A DNA stretch of 61,528 bases, filler included. It is 7 parts of 7 records of this genome, joined end to end, with 100 filler letters (N's around TTAATTAATTAA, not from the genome) between each part and the next. Parts side by side here need not be neighbours in the genome. Positions count along the whole stretch, not along the records: positions 17,188 to 23,980 come from SRR31147125_37833; positions 24,081 to 36,329 come from SRR31147125_37859; 5 more parts are not named here. One strand, 5' to 3'. The position numbers and the translations under genes were made by a program. Every line of letters starts with the position of its first letter. The stretch's first letter is position 1. Below, in pieces: positions 21,348-32,887 of the stretch. Under the pieces are notes generated by a model. It was not told where the DNA came from, made no database searches, and saw nothing but the letters and a program-made list of their open reading frames with translations.

Positions 21348-23228
21348 ACTATTCTGCCAAATCTCTTTTCAATTTGATTCTTTGTTATCACAGTAACAAA
21401 AGGTCGCCCGTGTGGGCATGTTAATTTTATATCATTATTAATAATCAAGTCAATCAGCTTTGTTATCTCACTATCTCTTAGCTTGTCTCCAGCCTTAACT
21501 GCTTTTTTACAAGACATGCTTATCAGTTTATCTAGTACAGACGATTCAACTTCGCTAGAATCTATAATCTTTGCTATTATTTCCTTGAAAAAGCCCTCCA
21601 TCTGCGGTTGACCTAAAAATATAGGAACACCTAAAATATCTACACTTAGATCATTTATTACAATTGAGTAGCCTGCTTTTGTAAAAGTATCAATATTATC
21701 TTTAATTAGCAAAATATCATCATAAGATAACTCTATAGTCTGCGGTATTAATAATTCCTGCATTACAGGCGAGTTACTGTTGAAAGTCTGTAGGTAATCT
21801 TCATAAATTAATCTTTCATGTGCTGCATGCTGATCAAAAATATAAACATTATCATTACACTCCACAAGCAGATACCCAATAAATATTGTACCTATTACGG
21901 TATATGAATTTGCCAGCTCTTTTATTTCGGATTGCTCATATTGTATATTTGTTTGTTTCAAAATATTTTTGCTGTTATAATTTTCTTTATCCTTAACCAA
22001 TACTGATTTATAGTTAAAATCATTTAATTCATAATCAATATTAAATGAAGGCTCATCTTCAACACTGTCAGCTTCATCAGATATTTTAATATTTTCTTTT
22101 TCAATATTTTCATTTATCTTTTCAGTAATTTCCTTATTATCTTTTACCTCTTTATATTGGTTCACTGATACATTAGATTTAAGATTATTAATCTTTATTT
22201 TCTCTTTTTCAAAGTTTACAATATAACCATTGATAATATCAAGTGTAGGCTTAAGCTGCGTACTTAGTTCGTCTAGTAATTGATTTAAATTACTGAATAT
22301 GACATTTAGTTTTTGGGGATGGACATTTACATCAACCAAAATAGGATTAATGTTTACATTAACCACAAAGAAAGGATGTGAATGCTTCATCAAATTTGAG
22401 CTATACATATCTTCTATTGCCAAGGAAATATTTCTATCCTTCACATACCGATTATTAATGAAAATTGTCTGGCCATTTCTGGATTTATTCAATATGTTTT
22501 TATTTCCCAAGCAGCCATTAAGAGATATTCCATTATTTTCGCTAGTATTAAATTCAATAATATTTGACGCTGCATCTTTACCGTATATAGCATAGACAGC
22601 GCTTTTTAGGCTGCCATCACCATTTGTGTAGTAAATTACTTTCCCATTATTAATAAATTTAAACGAAATGCTAGGATAGGATAAAATATATTTCTGAATT
22701 ACATTACTTATATTAGCAGTTTCAACAGAAGTTTTTTTCATAAACTTTTTTCTTGCTGGAGTATTATAAAACAAATCCTCAACCACTATAGTAGTTCCGT
22801 CAGGGCATCCATATTCATGATTTTTAACTATTTCTCCGCCTTCAACCTGAGTTAACGAACCGATATTTTCATCCTGCGCTTTAGTTATTAACGTTACTTT
22901 TGATACTGCTGATATGCTATATAATGCTTCTCCTCTAAACCCCATCTGATTTATATTATACAAATCATCAAGAGTTGATATTTTGCTGGTAGCATGGCGA
23001 ATGAAGGCAAGTTTTGTATCTTCAACACCAATTCCAGTCCCATTATCAGAAATTGATATATACTCTTTGCCGCCATCTTTAATTTCTATTGAAATATTAT
23101 TAGCCTTAGCATCAATTGCGTTCTCGATTAATTCCTTAACTACAGAAGCTGGTTTTTCAACAATTTCTCCTGCTGCTATTTTTTTTGCTATAGATTCATC
23201 TAGTATATTTATTTTTTCTTCTAAACAT
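21344..23228 (-). CDS. mutL: DNA mismatch repair protein MutL; true start ATG at 23228, extra base in the T-run at 23212-23217
   Basis: IAAGEIVEKPASVVKELIENAIDA, RHATSKI, GFRGEAL, DQHAAHER and CPHGRP. An ATG at 23228 with an AAGGA RBS gives MFRRKINILD if one A is removed. Confidence 0.92.
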
Positions 23229-23980
23229 AACTTATCCTTATATTTCTTAATCAGCATAAAAGCTTCAATTGGAGTGGTTATAGTTAAATCAACATCCATT
23301 ATTTGGTCTGCCAACTCCTTAAGTAAAGCTGTCTTGTCCTCTTTATTATCGTGCTTTGTATCTTTCTTCTCTAATATTTCATTAAATGTCTCATCGTATA
23401 CAGATATATTATTAATATCAGCCTTTTCTAAAAGTTCAAGTATCTCTTCACCTCTATTTAATACGACCTGCGGTATGCCTGCCAGCATAGCTACGTGCAA
23501 ACCAAAACTCCTGTCAGAGCCTCCCTTATTATCTTCCTCATAAATATAATCTCATTTTTATATTCTCTAACAGCTACACAGTAATTTTTTAATCCATCTA
23601 TTTTACCTTCTAATTCACTTAATTGATGATAGTGAGTTGCAAATAGCGCTTTTGCACCTACTTTTTTCTTATCACAAATATATTCTATTACACTCCATGC
23701 AATGCTTAGACCGTCAAACGTTGATGTTCCTCTGCCTATTTCATCTAAGATAATTAATGAATTTTTAGTAGCATTTTTCAATATATGTGCAAGTTCAGTC
23801 ATTTCGACCATAAAGGTAGAATGACCTAAAAACAAATCATCAGAGGCTCCAACGCGGGAAAATACTCTATCAGTTACAGATATATTTGCGCTGATTGCAG
23901 GAACAAAGCTACCTATTTGTGCAAGTATGTTTATTAATGCTACCTGACGCAGATACGTTGATTTACCAGACATATTAGGA
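23209..23980 (-). CDS. mutS: DNA mismatch repair protein MutS, 3' part with a frameshift near 23524
   Basis: [38 protein letters not shown]. Adding one G restores [18 protein letters not shown]. Confidence 0.92.
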
Positions 23981-24080
23981 NNNNNNNNNNNNNNNNNNNN
24001 NNNNNNNNNNNNNNNNNNNNNNNNTTAATTAATTAANNNNNNNNNNNNNNNNNNNNNNNNNNNNNNNNNNNNNNNNNNNN
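23981..24080. other. Artificial contig-joining spacer
   Basis: N44-TTAATTAATTAA-N44. Confidence 0.98.
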
Positions 24081-24156
24081 TTTTCCTAAATAAATATATT
24101 TTTTGTTATAGAATAAACGTGTATACCTATGGACTTTTAATCCCTCTGAATGCTAT

Positions 24157-27132
24157 GTGATTTTTCTGCATAGTGGTTTAATTATACAAATCAAATGGAG
24201 ATTCATAATGACATTTACGCTTTCAGTTAAAAAGATCAAATTAATAATGATACTCAACATATTCAATATCGTAATACTCATACTTACAATCGGTGCAGGA
24301 ATTGCACAACCATTAGATATAAATTATCCCTTTGAACGATTATTAAATAATTCAAATCCTGATATTTTAACAGATGAATCTCAGTTTGAATGGGTACGAT
24401 ACTATAGTAGCGGCAATGCTATTCCTCAACAAGCCTCAGCGAAAGATTTGAAAATGGATAAACAGGGCAATCTTTATATTTGTGGTTTTACCAGCAATCC
24501 GTATTTTGGGAGAAATTGGCTCACTTGTAAATATGACAAAATGGGTAGATTGATTTGGGCAACTGAATATAAAGGGATTTTCGCAAGCCATAACAGTGTA
24601 TTTAATATAAACATAGATTCATTTGGAAACGCTTATACCTTTGGTAGTACTGCAAAAGACGGAGATAGTTATCAATCCAGCTTGATTAAGTATAACAATG
24701 ATGGTGAAGAGTTATGGAAAATTGATTTTGCTGGTAAGGTAATCGGTCCAACATTTGATGAAAATGATAATTTTTATATATGCAGTCATAAAGCTTACAA
24801 TAACTCTGAAAGTGACCTGGTTACTGAGAAATATAATTCTGATGGCGATAAATTGTGGGAGGTAAAGTTTAACAAACCTCAATATGATAGTATAGCATCA
24901 TATGGTATAGTGCTGGACAATTCGCAAAATGTGTATGTTTTTGGCGTTCTCCGTAGTTCGCACAGGAATAATGCGATGATTGTTAAATACTCCCCTGATG
25001 GTATGGAACAATGGTTGGCAATATATAAAGTTCCCAATGGTGTTTTAATTTATCCGGAAGAGTCAAGAATTGATAATGACGGGAATGCTTATCTTGTTGG
25101 ATATACAAGTGAATCTAATAGTCGAGGATATGATTATATCACAATAAAATATGACTCTTCTGGTATAGAACAATGGGTTCAAAGATATGATTCAGGTGGA
25201 GAGGGTTATTCTGGAGATAAATGTAAAAAAACTAATCTTGATAAAGATGGCAATGTTTATGTTACAGGTGAATGTATATCTGATATCATAACCATCAAAT
25301 ATGATAGTAATGGAATAGAACAGTGGAACCATAGATTTGAAGGAGGAGGAGACCCAACTAATATAGAATTGGATTCCTCAGGTAATGTTTATGTTATAGG
25401 AAATAATAATTTTAATACAACAATAATTAAATACAATCAAGAAGGACAGATCGATTGGTCAGAGGATCCTGATGGTGTTATAAAGGATATGCTCATAGAG
25501 AACAATAATATTTTTCTAACAATAGACAAATTTGACTCAATAAGAGGTGGTTACTGTAGCCTGGAGAAATGGGATGAATCAGGATCAAAGTTATGGGAAA
25601 CTTTTTATTATAACAATACTCCTGGTATTGGAAGTGAAAATCTAAAAGACATAGCTGTTGATAATAAAGGAAATTTTATTTTAACAGGTTATTTTCATAA
25701 TTATGATTTTCAGAAAGACTGGTTTACACTTAAATATTCGCCGGATGGTGTGGTTGAATGGATTGCCAAGTATTCCGGTCCCTATAGTGATGATTTTACT
25801 TCTGCTGTAACGACAGATAATATGGGTCATGTGTATGTTACTGGTTGGTCTGATAATGGAGATCATGAATATGGCACTACGGACTATGTTACGATAAAAT
25901 ATGATAATATGGGCGAACAGATATGGTTGAATAGAGAAACTCCATCAGATAGCCTACCCTATCTGTGTAAAACTTCGGATATTGTCGTAGATGAAAATGG
26001 ATATGTCTACGTAACAGGTATTGCACTTAAACTTCAGGGCAAAGTTGAAGGTGATTTATATACCATAAAATATAGTATGGAAGGAGAAAAACTCTGGGAA
26101 ACCAGATTTGAAAATATTGGTCTTTCTTCGCCAGCGAATGTCAAGATAGCCTGTGACATTGATGATAATATCTATATTGTTAGTAAATATGCACATTCCG
26201 AGACTTTGCTGCATGCGGGTAGCATACTTGTAAAATACAGCTCAGATGGACAGGAATTATGGCACTCCATTCATAAAGATACAACAAGCAATAATGTCGC
26301 TTCAAGAACTTTTTCATTGGGAGTGTATGGAGATATATTTGTTACTGATAATCACACCCTGATAAAATATAATAAAAATGGAAAAGAAGAGTGGTCACAG
26401 ACAGAGGATATGTCTTCCCGGATAGTAGTCTCTGACAAAAATGGCAATGTATTTACAACGGGTACTGCAGGAGATATTAATTATAATTCAGATTCAAATA
26501 TTGTGACAATGAAATATAACTCTGAAGGGATAAAGAAATGGACACAAATTTATGATAATGAATCACATGGCGTAGACAGGGCTATAGATATTGATATTGA
26601 TGATATGGGAAATATTTACATAACCGGTATAAGTTATGGATCTAGTCTTATTCCGTATATTATCACCATAAAATATAATACAAGTGGCGATATAATGTGG
26701 ATTCATAAATATGAGGCTTTGGCAATGCACGTTCCTGTGGGACTTGTTTTGGATGAACAAAACAATGTATATGTAGGAGCGATTGTCGGTGGAGATATTT
26801 ACAGTGTAGTGATGGCTTTAAAATATTCACAGGGAATGACTTCTGTCTCCTCTAAAAATGAAATTGAAAATAAAGTTCGTTTGGACCAAAATCATCCTAA
26901 TCCATTTAATAATACGACGACATTCCGATTTTATCTTCCCAAAAATGAAAAAGTTAGCCTGATAATATTCAACATGCTTGGTCAAAAAGTTGATGAAGTG
27001 TTACATGAAACCTTGCAATGTGGCAAACATGAAATACAATGGCAGGCTAATAATTTATCGAGTGGAATTTATTTTTATCAATTAGTATCGGAAAGCTTCG
27101 CTGAGACAAAGAAATTTTTATACATGCGATAA
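24157..27132 (+). CDS. Secreted SBBP/beta-propeller repeat protein with C-terminal secretion-tail (T9SS-like/FlgD-Ig) domain
   Basis: Many D..GNVYVTG...TIKY..DG...W repeats; C-terminus QNHPNPFN...SGIYFYQL. True start is probably a downstream Met. Confidence 0.85.
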   Translation: MIFLHSGLIIQIKWRFIMTFTLSVKKIKLIMILNIFNIVILILTIGAGIAQPLDINYPFERLLNNSNPDILTDESQFEWVRYYSSGNAIPQQASAKDLKMDKQGNLYICGFTSNPYFGRNWLTCKYDKMGRLIWATEYKGIFASHNSVFNINIDSFGNAYTFGSTAKDGDSYQSSLIKYNNDGEELWKIDFAGKVIGPTFDENDNFYICSHKAYNNSESDLVTEKYNSDGDKLWEVKFNKPQYDSIASYGIVLDNSQNVYVFGVLRSSHRNNAMIVKYSPDGMEQWLAIYKVPNGVLIYPEESRIDNDGNAYLVGYTSESNSRGYDYITIKYDSSGIEQWVQRYDSGGEGYSGDKCKKTNLDKDGNVYVTGECISDIITIKYDSNGIEQWNHRFEGGGDPTNIELDSSGNVYVIGNNNFNTTIIKYNQEGQIDWSEDPDGVIKDMLIENNNIFLTIDKFDSIRGGYCSLEKWDESGSKLWETFYYNNTPGIGSENLKDIAVDNKGNFILTGYFHNYDFQKDWFTLKYSPDGVVEWIAKYSGPYSDDFTSAVTTDNMGHVYVTGWSDNGDHEYGTTDYVTIKYDNMGEQIWLNRETPSDSLPYLCKTSDIVVDENGYVYVTGIALKLQGKVEGDLYTIKYSMEGEKLWETRFENIGLSSPANVKIACDIDDNIYIVSKYAHSETLLHAGSILVKYSSDGQELWHSIHKDTTSNNVASRTFSLGVYGDIFVTDNHTLIKYNKNGKEEWSQTEDMSSRIVVSDKNGNVFTTGTAGDINYNSDSNIVTMKYNSEGIKKWTQIYDNESHGVDRAIDIDIDDMGNIYITGISYGSSLIPYIITIKYNTSGDIMWIHKYEALAMHVPVGLVLDEQNNVYVGAIVGGDIYSVVMALKYSQGMTSVSSKNEIENKVRLDQNHPNPFNNTTTFRFYLPKNEKVSLIIFNMLGQKVDEVLHETLQCGKHEIQWQANNLSSGIYFYQLVSESFAETKKFLYMR

Positions 27133-27590
27133 AATCTTAATTTATGATAACCGAGATATAAAATAATTTTGTACACATTGAACGAAACCACTGCGCGGTA
27201 ACTTGAATGTTTTTTTAGGTTATGGCATGATACACTTGTTGGCAGCTTATTTTCTAATGTTTACAAGGAGATTCTCTGTTATTATTGCGAAAATTAAAAG
27301 TTGAAAAAATGCTAAGATATGCAACGTTGCTGACAAACACGATGAGTAAAACATACCATACTCAATTGGCTTGAATTGTTTTTTGAGTTTAGGGGTACAG
27401 ACTTCGTGTGTCCTGAGTGTGGAATTGGATATATAAATTCTATCCGATTAATAAATTTTGACAAATTTACAGCATAAAAAAAGTTAATTGGAAAACCGGA
27501 TTACATGCCATAGCATATACCAGTCCACGGTTTTTTCATCAGGGATGTTATGCTTGATAGAAATTAAGCTTCATTAAAGGAGAAAGAATC

Positions 27591-29585
27591 ATGAAAAAAG
27601 AAAATCTGATATCATCTGCTATTGTTATTGTTTTATCTTGCTTGTCTTCACTTTACGCTCAGGTAGAGTTTCTCCCACATACCATTATTAGTGAAGAGCT
27701 TGCTGCCAATGGCGCCCGTTCCGTTTATGTGAACGATATGGATAGTGACGGGGATATGGATGTTCTTTCCGCTTCCTCGGAAGATGATAAAATTACCTGG
27801 TATGAAAACGATGGTCATCAGAATTTTGTCAACCATATCATAACGACCGATGCGGATGGAGCTTGTTCTGTCTATGCCATAGACATGGATGGTGATGGAG
27901 ATATAGATATACTATCCGCTTCAAAATATGATATTAAAATCGCCTGGTATGAGAATAATGGTGTGCAAAATTTCAGCCTCCATACTATAACAACTGGTGC
28001 CTGGAGTGCCAGATCCATCTATGCGATTGATGTAGATCGCGATGGGGATATGGATGTGCTTTCTGCTTCAAGTTCGGATGATAAGATCGCCTGGTACGAG
28101 AATGACGGCAATTAAAATTTCAGGGCACATATTATAACGACTGGAGCGGATGGCGCCTGTTCCGTATATGCGATTGATTTAAACGGTGATGGGGATATAG
28201 ATGTGCTTTCTGCTTCCAGGTCGGATGATAAAATTGCCTGGTATGAGAATGATGGCAATCAGTATTTCAGTGTACGTATCATCACGACCAATGCAGATGG
28301 CACCAGTTGCGTATACACGGCCGATATGGATGGTGACGGAGATATGGATGTGCTTTCCGCTTCTATAAATGATGATAAAGTCGTTTTGTATGAGAATGAC
28401 GGTGTGCAGAATTTCAAAGTTCATATCATTACTACAGACGCGGATGGCGCCTGTTCCATCTATGCAGCTGATGTGGACGGTGACGGGGATATGGATGTGC
28501 TTTCCGCTTCCAAGGATGCTGATAGAATAACCTGGTATGAGAATAAAGGTAAACAGATTTTTACCAACCATATCGTCACAAAAAAGGCAGTTGGAGCTTA
28601 TTCCGTCTATGCGATCGATGTGGACGATGACGGTGATACTGACGTTCTTTCTGCTTCTTATAAGGATGATAAAATCGCCTGGTATGAAAACGACGGTAAT
28701 CAGAATTTCAGCACTCATATCATCACTATGGATGCGGATGAAGTCCGTTCTGTTTATGCGACTGATGTGGACAGTGACGGTGATATAGACGTGCTTTCAG
28801 CTTCATTTAGGGATAATAAAATCGCCTGGTATGAGAACGACGGGCATCAGAAATTCAGCACACATACCATAACGACAAATGCAAGTGGCGCCCATTCCGT
28901 CTATGCGACCGATGTAGATGGGGACGGAGATATAGACGTACTTTCTGCTTCTTATAAGGATAATAAAATAGCCTGGTATGAGAACGATGGGGATCAAAAT
29001 TTTACTGCTCATCCGATCACTACCGATGCAGAGGGTGCTTCATCTGTCTATGTGGCTGATGTGGACGATGACGGTGATATAGATGTGATTGCCGCTTCTT
29101 ATCTTGCTGATAAAATCGCCTGGTATGAGAATAATGAATATCAGAATTTCAGTGCCCATACTATCACAGTTGATGCGGTTGGCGCTTATTTCGTCTATGC
29201 GGACGATGTGGACGGTGACAAGGATATGGACGTGCTTTCAGCTTCAGGTAGTGATGATAAAATTGCGTGGTATGAAAATTTGATGATTAATACCGGTATT
29301 TATACCCCTGATTTTCAACCAGATAATTTCTTGCTTTATCATAATTATCCCAATCCTTTTAATCCGTCAACACATATCGCATTTGATGTGCAAAAAACAT
29401 GTCATGTTACTTTGAAAATATATGATATCCTGGGTAGGATAGTATCCAATGTTGTTGATAAACAAATGGCTGCCGGGCATTATGAAGTGGAATTTAATGC
29501 CAGCAACATGGCGTCAGGGATTTATTTTTACCGGATACAAATGGGGGATTATAAAGCGACAAAGAAGATGATTTTGAGCAGATAA
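27591..29585 (+). pseudogene. FG-GAP/VCBS repeat protein with C-terminal secretion-tail domain, interrupted by an in-frame TAA at 28113-28115
   Basis: Both ORFs are in the same frame (offset 612 nt). There are 11 repeats of about 49 aa (DxDGDGDxDVLSAS..DDKIAWYEN). The TAA sits where other repeats have CAG/CAA. C-terminus NYPNPFNP...SGIYFYRI. Confidence 0.75.
27680..29280 (+). repeat. Intragenic tandem repeats, about 147-bp period, 11 copies
   Basis: TGGTATGA(A/G)AA recurs at about 147-nt spacing (e.g. ~27798, ~27945). Confidence 0.9.
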
Positions 29586-29641
29586 ACAGACAATTTGGTA
29601 ACAGATTATCCTAATCCAATCTGTGGAGAAACCTGATTTTT

Positions 29642-30211
29642 ATGAAAAGACAAAACACCCGAAATTTGGTTTTAATAATGACTGTTATTATCGTCTATCC
29701 CAAACATTGTTTCCCAATTGAAACAAACAATAAAAATGACGTGAATATATGGTCCACCATCGGAATAGGTATTTCCCCGAATATCAGTAAAGAATATGCA
29801 GGCCCTGCTGCCGCATTGGTAGTATCCGGCCAGGTTGCCCAAAATATATTTTCTGTACGGGCACTTGGAGCTACAGAATTTTATATGGAGGGACCGAGTC
29901 CCTCTGAACATGTTTATGATATCAGCCTGCTTTATGGACGGTGTTATAAATCAGAGATGTTTTTTTTGTCACTTGAAACAGGTCTCTCCAAAGCAGGAGG
30001 ACTATATCGGGGTGTAAAGATAAGTGATGATGGTGCAGAGGGTGATGTTTATGAACGATGTTATTTTAACACCATCGGTGTGCCTTTTGCCATGCAGGCA
30101 TTTATAATGACACCCTATATCGGGTTTGGTGCTTATGTCTTTGCTAACGTCAATAATAAAAACAGTTATGCCGGATTTTTGATCTGTTTACAAGTAGGGA
30201 AAATACAGTGA
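29642..30211 (+). CDS. Hypothetical exported protein, possible small outer-membrane beta-barrel
   Basis: 189 aa with an N-terminal hydrophobic segment and alternating Gly/aromatic strands. Confidence 0.55.
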   Translation: MKRQNTRNLVLIMTVIIVYPKHCFPIETNNKNDVNIWSTIGIGISPNISKEYAGPAAALVVSGQVAQNIFSVRALGATEFYMEGPSPSEHVYDISLLYGRCYKSEMFFLSLETGLSKAGGLYRGVKISDDGAEGDVYERCYFNTIGVPFAMQAFIMTPYIGFGAYVFANVNNKNSYAGFLICLQVGKIQ

Positions 30212-30231
30212 AAAGATGGGCGGCATAACTG

Positions 30232-30768
30232 GTGGAAACAAAATTCAAACCAGGTAGTATTCTCAGAAAAAAAGGACATATCAGACTGTTGAATCGAAAT
30301 ATAATAAATTATATCAAAGCAAAATATCTTAGCGTACTACTGCCCATTTTTTTCCTGGTTCTGTTCAGCTGCAAAGGAAAGCAAAGCACTGAGAACGACA
30401 TTATTGTATACGACATAAATGGCTTTTGGAGTGGCTGGATAGGGGAAGATGTGGTTGAGGTGAATATCTCTTCACAAAGCGGACATATTATTTACTTTTC
30501 AAAGGTGAAAACTCACAACCATTTATCCGGGCAGGCCAAAATATTTTTTAAAGATCAGGTGTTATACTATAATATTCGTAATTCGTCTCATCAGGACAAT
30601 GCCATTCGTTTATCCCTCTATGAAGTGAATAATGTGCCCCCCAAAAACTATTTTATTCTGACAGGAGAAGTGAAATCGGAAAGATCCATAACAGGTACTT
30701 TTGACTTCATGGGACCTGATAATAACGTATCGAGTTCAGGTTACTGGAGTTTGGGGAGAATGGAATAA
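30232..30768 (+). CDS. Hypothetical lipoprotein
   Basis: Lipobox-like VLFSC after a hydrophobic stretch; start codon uncertain. Confidence 0.5.
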   Translation: METKFKPGSILRKKGHIRLLNRNIINYIKAKYLSVLLPIFFLVLFSCKGKQSTENDIIVYDINGFWSGWIGEDVVEVNISSQSGHIIYFSKVKTHNHLSGQAKIFFKDQVLYYNIRNSSHQDNAIRLSLYEVNNVPPKNYFILTGEVKSERSITGTFDFMGPDNNVSSSGYWSLGRME

Positions 30769-30871
30769 ATTTTATAATATTGATATTAATTAGCCATGAT
30801 TATTTGGAAAAAAACACCAAATTATAGCATAAATAAATTTGAGATGTGAATAAATAAAAAAGAAACATGGT

Positions 30872-31149
30872 ATGAGAAAATTTAAAAAAATCCCAGCATT
30901 TAAAAATGAGAAAGAAGAAAAGGACTTCTGGGCCGAGCATGATTCCACGGAATACATAGATTGGGATAAAGCGGAATCCGTTCTTTTCCCGAATTTGAAA
31001 CCAACAACTAAAACCGTATCTTTACGATTACCTCAATTCATGTTGGACGAATTGCGCATGATTGCCAATAAAAGAGATGTGCCGTATCAATCGCTTATCA
31101 AAATATTTCTCAGGAGCAGATTGACAAAGAATTGAAGAAAATAGCGTAA
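30872..31149 (+). CDS. CopG/BrnA-like type II antitoxin, C-terminal frameshift near 31111
   Basis: IPAFKNEKEEKDFWAEHDSTEYIDW...TKTVSLRLP...RDVPYQSLIK is the CopG_antitoxin pattern; a shifted frame continues EQIDKELKKIA* to 31149. Confidence 0.85.
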
Positions 31150-31177
31150 TCAATTTACAGAGGTTAACGTAATAATA

Positions 31178-31918
31178 TCAAAAAAACATCACCAAAGACA
31201 TAAAAGAGGGGATTATCTGCAAAGTGAAATTATCCCACCCGTGCGGCGATACCGCTTCCACGATGGTGCATATAAAAGCGAGTCCGACAATCCTGAAAAG
31301 AGTACTGGAGACAAGGGGATTTTGTCCCATCAACACCAGCCCTAAAAAAATGGCAAAAATAGAGGCACAAAAGACAGCAAAAGAGCCTTCCAGACTTCTC
31401 TGCGCTTTGACCTTTTTTAAAGACATCACCCGATAGGTGTGCTTGCCAAATCGTGTGCCCACAGGTTCGGCAATGGCATCGCCGATGCCGGTGACCAGGT
31501 AACCGATGATGGCGGCCTGCTGGAAAAAGAAATTACTCGTCAATCCTCCGAACAGTGTGGCCAGATAAGGCACGATAATGTAATAGGTCTGTTTGGGTGC
31601 GTCTTTTTCCCGGGCAATACCTTCATATAATACATGCCCGCTTCCTTTTAATACAGCGAACAGGATTACCACAGACACAGCACTGCCAAACAAACACAAT
31701 AGCCGCAGACCAAACGCTGCCTGGACAACAGACGCTGTAAAAAAGATCAGAAAATGAAAAACCTTACGAGTGTACCCGGTTTTGGCCCCGTATTTCTTTT
31801 TTAACTCTCCGGCAAACCGGAGACTCATATAAGACCAGAGTAGGGCTGGCGGACCAAAAAGCAGGAATTCTTTTATAGTCGGGATGTTGTTCAGAATAAA
31901 GTCGATTATCTGCTGCAA
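31178..31918 (-). CDS. Phytol/dolichol kinase-like (CTP_transf_1) membrane protein
   Basis: TRKVFH, GIGDAIAEPVGTRFG, RSLEGS and DNFT motifs; multiple TM helices. Confidence 0.82.
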   Translation of the reverse strand: MQQIIDFILNNIPTIKEFLLFGPPALLWSYMSLRFAGELKKKYGAKTGYTRKVFHFLIFFTASVVQAAFGLRLLCLFGSAVSVVILFAVLKGSGHVLYEGIAREKDAPKQTYYIIVPYLATLFGGLTSNFFFQQAAIIGYLVTGIGDAIAEPVGTRFGKHTYRVMSLKKVKAQRSLEGSFAVFCASIFAIFLGLVLMGQNPLVSSTLFRIVGLAFICTIVEAVSPHGWDNFTLQIIPSFMSLVMFF

Positions 31919-31966
31919 GAGGATTTCCTTAATCGTGAATGAATCGATTCGAATATCGGTTTTTTA

Positions 31967-32539
31967 CTAAAAATTTAAAAAAAGGTGGAGACCATACCTG
32001 TTTTGATTTATATCCGGTATCAGACTCACATTCTCAAATGATGATGTAAAAAGATAACTACCTAAAAATCCAAGAACTGCGCCAGCGGCAACGTCCTCAA
32101 AAAAATGCCGGTCTGCATGGATCCGGCTGTAGCCGACAAAAGAAGCGACGATGTAGGCGGGAATGGCATATTCAGGTCCATATCGTTTTAACAAAAACGT
32201 GGCACTGGAAAAGGTGACAGCTGTATGACCTGACGGAAAAGAATCGTTTCCATCTCCGTCCGGTCTCTCTTTATCTATGGCTAATTTTAATCCATAGGTA
32301 ACCAGCGTTGTGATAACTGTGGATTTGATAAACTGGATCTCTCCCTGCCGGTCGTGTTGTAACCAGGCCGTGCCGAAACTGTACGCCGGAATGAGTACCA
32401 GCAGAACATCACCGGCTGTTTCTGTTGTGCTACTCTCTGAGGAGAAAATAAAAGCAGAACTCGGATTTACCTGGGAAAGAAGGATAACAGCCAGAATAAA
32501 CAGGCCATGCCGAAATTTATGACGAGACACCTTTGACAT
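31967..32539 (-). CDS. PAP2 family phosphatase (LpxE-like)
   Basis: KxxxxxxRP, SFPSGH and SRIHADRHFFEDV motifs. Confidence 0.9.
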   Translation of the reverse strand: MSKVSRHKFRHGLFILAVILLSQVNPSSAFIFSSESSTTETAGDVLLVLIPAYSFGTAWLQHDRQGEIQFIKSTVITTLVTYGLKLAIDKERPDGDGNDSFPSGHTAVTFSSATFLLKRYGPEYAIPAYIVASFVGYSRIHADRHFFEDVAAGAVLGFLGSYLFTSSFENVSLIPDINQNRYGLHLFLNF

Positions 32540-32675
32540 ATTAAACCGGATTGTATGATGAAGAAAAGATATTTGTATATTTGTTTGATTTTATAATCGT
32601 TATCTATATGAAAAATAAATTGTATCGAAATTAAAGGTGAATATCAAGGTCTTTGTGCGAAAAAACAAAGTATTA

Positions 32676-32855
32676 TGATCGCCCCGGGAATTTTCACGGA
32701 GTGTAGAATGGATCTTGGGCATGTGCCCCAGCCGGGTTTGGAAAAGGAGAAAATACTGTTGTTGTGAAGGAAAAATCAGCATTGTATTAAGATTAATTTG
32801 TTATAGCAATGCCCCGATTTATTATCCGCCCATGGACGGATTCCCTGGGCGATCA
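32676..32855. repeat. Palindromic REPIN/MITE-like element, copy 1
   Basis: Ends TGATCGCCCCGGGAAT...ATTCCCTGGGCGATCA (terminal inverted repeat); internal GGGCATGTGCCC hairpin. Confidence 0.8.
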
Positions 32856-32887
32856 TCCTTTTTCCTGGAGCCAACAAAGAAAATGAC

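Noticed and set aside
21344-23500. Apparent MutS C-terminus-MutL fusion protein (718-aa ORF)
   Set aside because: Removing one base from the T-run at 23212-17 gives mutS a TAA stop (..LEEK*) and puts the RBS-preceded ATG at 23228 in frame with mutL; a homopolymer artefact.
27133-27590. Long intergenic region as an attC site, riboswitch or sigma-54 promoter
   Set aside because: No convincing RYYYAAC/GTTRRRY pairing, no recognisable aptamer, and the TGGCA motif lacks a correctly spaced GC.
28113-28115. TAA read-through or alternative genetic code
   Set aside because: Other genes on this contig end normally at TAA; a single instance is better explained by mutation or error.
27680-29280. Regular DNA repeats as a CRISPR array or DGR
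   Set aside because: They are degenerate in-frame 147-bp coding repeats with no spacers, cas genes or reverse transcriptase.
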